A DNA stretch of 64,000 nt from the human T2T-CHM13v2.0 reference genome, Homo sapiens. Where the stretch lies: the NCBI RefSeq assembly GCF_009914755.1, contig NC_060925.1; one strand, 5' to 3'. Made by a program: the position numbers and the translations under genes. Of the stretch, positions 58,001 through 64,000 are shown piece by piece; the first letter of the stretch is position 1; each line of letters starts with the position of its first letter. Under the pieces are notes generated by a model. That model had not been told where the DNA came from and did not search any database. It saw only the letters and a list, made by a program, of their open reading frames with translations.

Positions 58001-60547
58001 GAATCATCATTGAATGGAATCGAATGGAATCATCGAGTGGAATCGAATGGAATTATGATCAAATGGAATCGAATGTAATCATCATCAAATGGAATCAAAA
58101 ATAACCATCATCAATTGGTATTGAATGGAATTGTCATCAAATGGAATTCAAAGGAATCATCATCAAATGGAACCGAATGGAATCCTCATTGAATGGAAAT
58201 GAAAGGGGTCATCATCTAATGGAATCGCATGGAATCATCATCAAATGGAATCGAATGGAATCATCATCAAATGGAATCTAATGGAATCATTGAACAGAAT
58301 TGAATGGAATCGTCATCGAATGAATTGAATGCAATCATCGAATGGTCTCGAATGGAATCATCTTCTAATGGAAAGGAATGGAATCATCACATAGAATCGA
58401 ATGGAATTATCATCGAATGGAATCGAATGGTATCAACACCAAACGGAAAAAAACGGAATTATCGAATGGAATCGAAGAGAATCTTCGAACGGACCCGAAT
58501 GGAATCATCTAATGGAATGGAATGGAATAATCCATGGACTCGAATGCAATCATCATCGAATGGAATCGAATGGAATCATCGAATGGACTCGAATGGAATA
58601 ATCATTGAACGGAATCGATTGGAATCATCATCGGATGGAAACGAATGGAATCATCATCGAATGGAAATGAAAGGAGTCATCATCTAATGGAATTGCATGG
58701 AATCATCATAAAATGGAATCGAATGGAATCAACATCAAATGGAATCAAATGGAATCATTGAACGGAATTGAATGGAATCGTCATCGAATGAATTGACTGC
58801 AATCATCCAATGGTCTCGAATGGAATCATCTTCAAATGGAATGGAATGGAATCATCGCATAGAATCGAATGGAATTATCATCGAATGGAATCGAATGGAA
58901 TCAACATCCAACGGAAAAAAACGGAATTATCGAATGGAATCGAAGAGAATCATCGAATGGACCCGAATGGAATCATCTAATGGAATGGAATGGAATAATC
59001 CATGGACTCGAATGCAATCATCATCGAATGGAATCGAATGGAATCATCGAATGGACTCGAATGGAATAATCATTGAACGGAATCGAATGGAATCATCATC
59101 GGATGGAAATGAATGGAATCATCATCGAATGGAATCGAATAGAATTATGGAATGAAATCCAGTGTGATCATCATCGAATGGACCCGAATGGAATCATCAT
59201 CCAACGGAAGCTAATGGAATCAACATCGAATGAATCGAATGGAAACACCATCGAATTGAAACGAATGGAATTATCATGAAATTGAAATGGATGGACTCAT
59301 CATCGAATGGATTCGAATGGAATCATCGAATAAAATTGATTGAAATCATCATCGAATGGAATCGAATGGTATCATTGAATGGAATCGAATGGAATCATCA
59401 TCAGATGGAAATGAATGGAATCGTCATAGAATGGAATCGAATGGATTCATTGAATGGAATCAGATGGAATCATCGAATGGACTGGAATGGAATCATTGAA
59501 TGGACTCGAAAGGGATCATGATTGAATGGAATTGAATGGAATCATCGAATGGTCTCGATTGGAATCATTATCAAATGGAATCGAATGGAATCACCGAATA
59601 GAATCGAATGGAACAATCATCGAATGGACTCAAATGGAATTATCCTCAAATGGAATCGAATGGAATTATCGAATGCAATCGAATGGAATTATCGAATGCA
59701 ATCGAATAGAATCATCGAATGGACTCGAATGGAATCATCGAATGGAATGGAATGGAACAGTCAATGAACACGAATGGAATCATCATTGAATGGAATCGAA
59801 TGGAATCATCGAGTGGAATCGAATGGAATTATGATCAAATGGAATCGAATGTAATCATCATCAAATGGAATCAAAAATAACCATCATCAATTGGTATTGA
59901 ATGGAATTGTCATCAAATGGAATTCAAAGGAATCATCATCAAATGGAACCGAATGGAATCCTCATTGAATGGAAATGAAAGGGGTCATCATCTAATGGAA
60001 TCGCATGGAATCATCACCAAATGGAATCGAATGGAATCATCATCAAATGGAATCTAATGGAATCATTGAACAGAATTGAATGGAATCGTCATCAAATGAA
60101 TTGAATGCAATCATCGAATGGTCTCGAATGGAATCATCTTCTAATGGAAAGGAATGGAATCATCGCATAGAATCGAATGGAATTATCATCGAATGGAATC
60201 GAATGGTATCAACACCAAACGGAAAAAAACGGAATTATCGAATGGAATCGAAGAGAATCTTCGAACGGACCCGAATGGAATCATCTAATGGAATGGAATG
60301 GAATAATCCATGGACTCGAATGCAATCATCATCGAATGGAATCGAATGGAATCATCGAATGGACTCGAATGGAATAATCATTGAACGGAATCGAATGGAA
60401 TCATCATCGGATGGAAACGAATGGAATCATCATCGAATGGAAATGAAAGGAGTCATCATCTAATGCAATTGCATGGAATCATCATCAAATGGAATCGAAT
60501 GGAATCAACATCAAATGGAATCTAATGGAATCATTGAACAGAATTGA

Positions 60548-61162
60548 ATGGAATCGTCATCGAATGAATTGACTGCAATCATCGAATGGTCTCGAATGTA
60601 ATCACATTCTAATGGAAAGGAATGGAATCATCGCATAGAATCGAATGGAATTAACATTGAATGGACTCGAATGGAATCAACATCAAACGGAATCAAGCGG
60701 AATTATCGAATGGAATCGAAGAGAATCATCGAATGGTCTCGAATGGAATCATCTTCTAATGGAAAGGAATGGAATCATCGTATAGAATCGAATGGAATTA
60801 ACATTGAATGGACTCGAATGGAATCAACATCAAATGGAATCAAGCGGAATTATCGAATGAAATCGAAGAGAATCATCGAATGGACTCGAATGGAATCATC
60901 TAATGGAATGGAATGGAATAATCCACGGACTCGAATGCAATCATCATCGTATAGAATCGAATGGAATCATCGAATGGACTCGAATGGAATAATCATTGAA
61001 CGGAAGCGAATGGAATCATCATCGGATGGAAACGAATGGAATCATCATCGAATGGAAATGAAAGGAGTCATCATCTAATGGAATTGCATGGAATCATCAT
61101 AAAATGGAATCGAATGGAATCAAAATCAAATGGAATCAAATGGAATCATTGAACGGAATTGA
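60548..61162 (+). repeat. Module X, copy 6 (second sublineage, between A and B)
   Basis: gtaatcacattc near 60598, atcaagcgg twice, ggaagcgaa marker. Confidence 0.88.
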
Positions 61163-64000
61163 ATGGAATCGTCATCGAATGAATTGACTGCAATCATCGA
61201 ATGGTCTCGAATGGAATCATCTTCAAATGGAATGGAATGGAATCATCGCATAGAATCGAATGGAATTATCATCGAATGGAATCGAATGGAATCAACATCA
61301 AACGGAAAAAAACGGAATTATCGAATGGAATCGAAGAGAATCATCGAATGGACCCGAATGGAATCATCTAATGGAATGGAATGGAATAATCCATGGACTC
61401 GAATGCAATCATCATCGAATGGAATCGAATGGAATCATCGAATGGACTCGAATGGAATAATCATTGAACGGAATCGAATGGAATCATCATCGGATGGAAA
61501 TGAATGGAATCATCATCGAATGGAATCGAATAGAATTATGGAATGAAATCCAGTGTGATCATCATCGAATGGACCCGAATGGAATCATCATCCAACGGAA
61601 GCTAATGGAATCAACATCGAATGAATCGAATGGAAACACCATCGAATTGAAACGAATGGAATTATCATGAAATTGAAATGGATGGACTCATCATCGAATG
61701 GATTCGAATGGAATCATCGAATAAAATTGATTGAAATCATCATCGAATGGAATCGAATGGTATCATTGAATGGAATCGAATGGAATCATCATCAGATGGA
61801 AATGAATGGAATCGTCATAGAATGGAATCGAATGGATTCATTGAATGGAATCAGATGGAATCATCGAATGGACTGGAATGGAATCATTGAATGGACTCGA
61901 AAGGGATCATTATTGAATGGAATTGAATGGAATCATCGAATGGTCTCGATTGGAATCATTACCAAATGGAATCGAATGGAATCACCGAATAGAATCGAAT
62001 GGAACAATCATCGAATGGACTCAAATGGAATTATCCTCAAATGGAATCGAATGGAATTATCGAATGCAATCGAATGAAATTATCGAATGCAATCGAATAG
62101 AATCATCGAATGGACTCGAATGGAATCATCGAATGGAATGTAATGGAACAGTCAATGAACTCGAATGGAATCATCATTGAATGGAATCGAATGGAATCAT
62201 CGAGTGGAATCGAATGTAATCATCATCAAATGGAATCAAAAATAACCATCATCAATTGGTATTGAATGGAATTGTCATCAAATGGAATTCAAAGGAATCA
62301 TCATCAAATGGAACCGAATGGAATCCTCATTGAATGGAAATGAAAGGGGTCATCATCTAATGGAATCGCATGGAATCATCATCAAATGGAATCGAATGGA
62401 ATCATCATCAAATGGAATCTAATGGAATCATTGAACAGAATTGAATGGAATCGTCATCGAATGAATTGAATGCAATCATCGAATGGTCTCGAATGGAATC
62501 ATCTTCTAATGGAAAGGAATGGAATCATCGCATAGAATCGAATGGAATTATCATCGAATGGAATCGAATGGTATCAACACCAAACGGAAAAAAACGGAAT
62601 TATCGAATGGAATCGAAGAGAATCTTCGAACGGACCCGAATGGAATCATCTAATGGAATGGAATGGAATAATCCATGGACTCGAATGCAATCATCATCGA
62701 ATGGAATCGAATGGAATCATCGAATGGACTCGAATGGAATAATCATTGAACGGAATCGAATGGAATCATCATCGGATGGAAACGAATGGAATCATCATCG
62801 AATGGAAATGAAAGGAGTCATCATCTAATGGAATTGCATGGAATCATCATAAAATGGAATCGAATGGAATCAACATCAAATGGAATCAAATGGAATCATT
62901 GAACGGAATTGAATGGAATCGTCATCGAATGAATTGACTACAATCACCGAATGGTCTCGAATGGAATCATCTTCAAATGGAATGGAATGGAATCATCGCA
63001 TAGAATCGAATGGAATTATCATCGAATGGAATCGAATGGAATCAACATCAAACGGAAAAAAACAGAATTATCGTATGGAATCGAAGAGAATCATCGAATG
63101 GACCCGAATGGAATCATCTAATGGAATGGAATGGAATAATCCATGGACTCGAATGCAATCATCATCGAATGGAATCGAATGGAATCATCGAATGGACTCG
63201 AATGGAATAATCATTGAACGGAATCGAATGGAATCATCATCGGATGGAAATGAATGGAATCATCATCGAATGGAATCGAATAGAATTATGGAATGAAATC
63301 CAGTGTGATCATCATCGAATGGACCCGAATGGAATCATCATCCAACGGAAGCTAATGGAATCAACATCGAATGAATCGAATGGAAACACCATCGAATTGA
63401 ACCGAATGGAATTATCATGAAATTGAAATGGATGGACTCATCATCGAATGGATTCGAATGGAATCATCGAATAAAATTGATTGAAATCATCATCGAATGG
63501 AATCGAATGGTATCATTGAATGGAATCGAATGGAATCATCATCAGATGGAAATGAATGGAATCGTCATAGAATGGAATCGAATGGATTCATTGAATGGAA
63601 TCAGATGGAATCATCGAATGGACTGGAATGGAATCATTGAATGGACTCGAAAGGGATCATTATTGAATGGAATTGAATGGAATCATCGAATGGTCTCGAT
63701 TGGAATCATTATCAAATGGAATCGAATGGAATCACCGAATAGAATCGAATGGAACAATCATCGAATGGACTCAAATGGAATTATCCTCAAATGGAATGGA
63801 ATGGAATTATCGAATGCAATCGAATGGAATTATCGAATGCAATCGAATAGAATCATCGAATGGACTCGAATGGAATCATCGAATGGAATGGAATGGAACA
63901 GTCAATGAACTCGAATGGAATCATCATTGAATGGAATCGAATGGAATCATCGAGTGGAATCGAATGGAATTATGATCAAATGGAATCGAATGTAATCATC

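Larger units (their letters stand above)
1..64000 (+). repeat. Human satellite 2 (HSat2/HSATII) tandem array, ~1776-bp unit, probably the chr1q12 HSat2A2 (1.77-kb EcoRI) family
   Basis: Continuous diverged GGAAT/ATCGAATGGAATCATC motif (reverse complement CATTCGATTC, the HSat2 hallmark). Landmarks such as aatccagtgtgatc, aaaataaccatc and gaaaggggtc recur every ~1776 bp. GAATTC occurs once per unit (639, 2420, ...). The chromosome assignment comes from recalled knowledge of the period, not from a search. Confidence 0.97.

Noticed and set aside
1-63930. About 200 plus-strand ORFs of 60-172 aa rich in MEWN/GIIE
   Set aside because: They are translations of the GGAAT repeat. They overlap in several frames, gain and lose stops freely between units, and show no recognisable domain.
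1-64000. CRISPR-like repeat/spacer array
   Set aside because: There are no unique spacers and no cas genes. All sequence between motifs is itself satellite and recurs in every unit.

Overview
The whole 64 kb window is one uninterrupted, single-orientation array of classical human satellite 2 (HSat2/HSATII), shown on its GGAAT strand. It is built from diverged 23/26-bp GAATGGAATC(ATC)ATC monomers organised into a ~1776-bp unit with one EcoRI site per unit, which matches the chr1q12-type 1.77-kb (HSat2A2) repeat. About 35 units are present. Each canonical unit carries two ~468-bp near-identical subunits (called A and B here) plus ~840 bp of other satellite sequence. I see no genes, RNA genes, transposons, CRISPR arrays or non-satellite inserts, and all ORFs in the track are artefacts of the repeat. 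I find no support for a new gene-based biological system. The interesting content is array evolution: a divergent 615-bp module in six units, nested 4314/2391-bp tandem duplications, 2- and 3-unit local higher-order repeats, a shared 713-bp deletion, a subunit-fusion unit, A/B conversion tracts and a small mutation hotspot. All coordinates were read by eye or from ORF offsets, so block boundaries are approximate.
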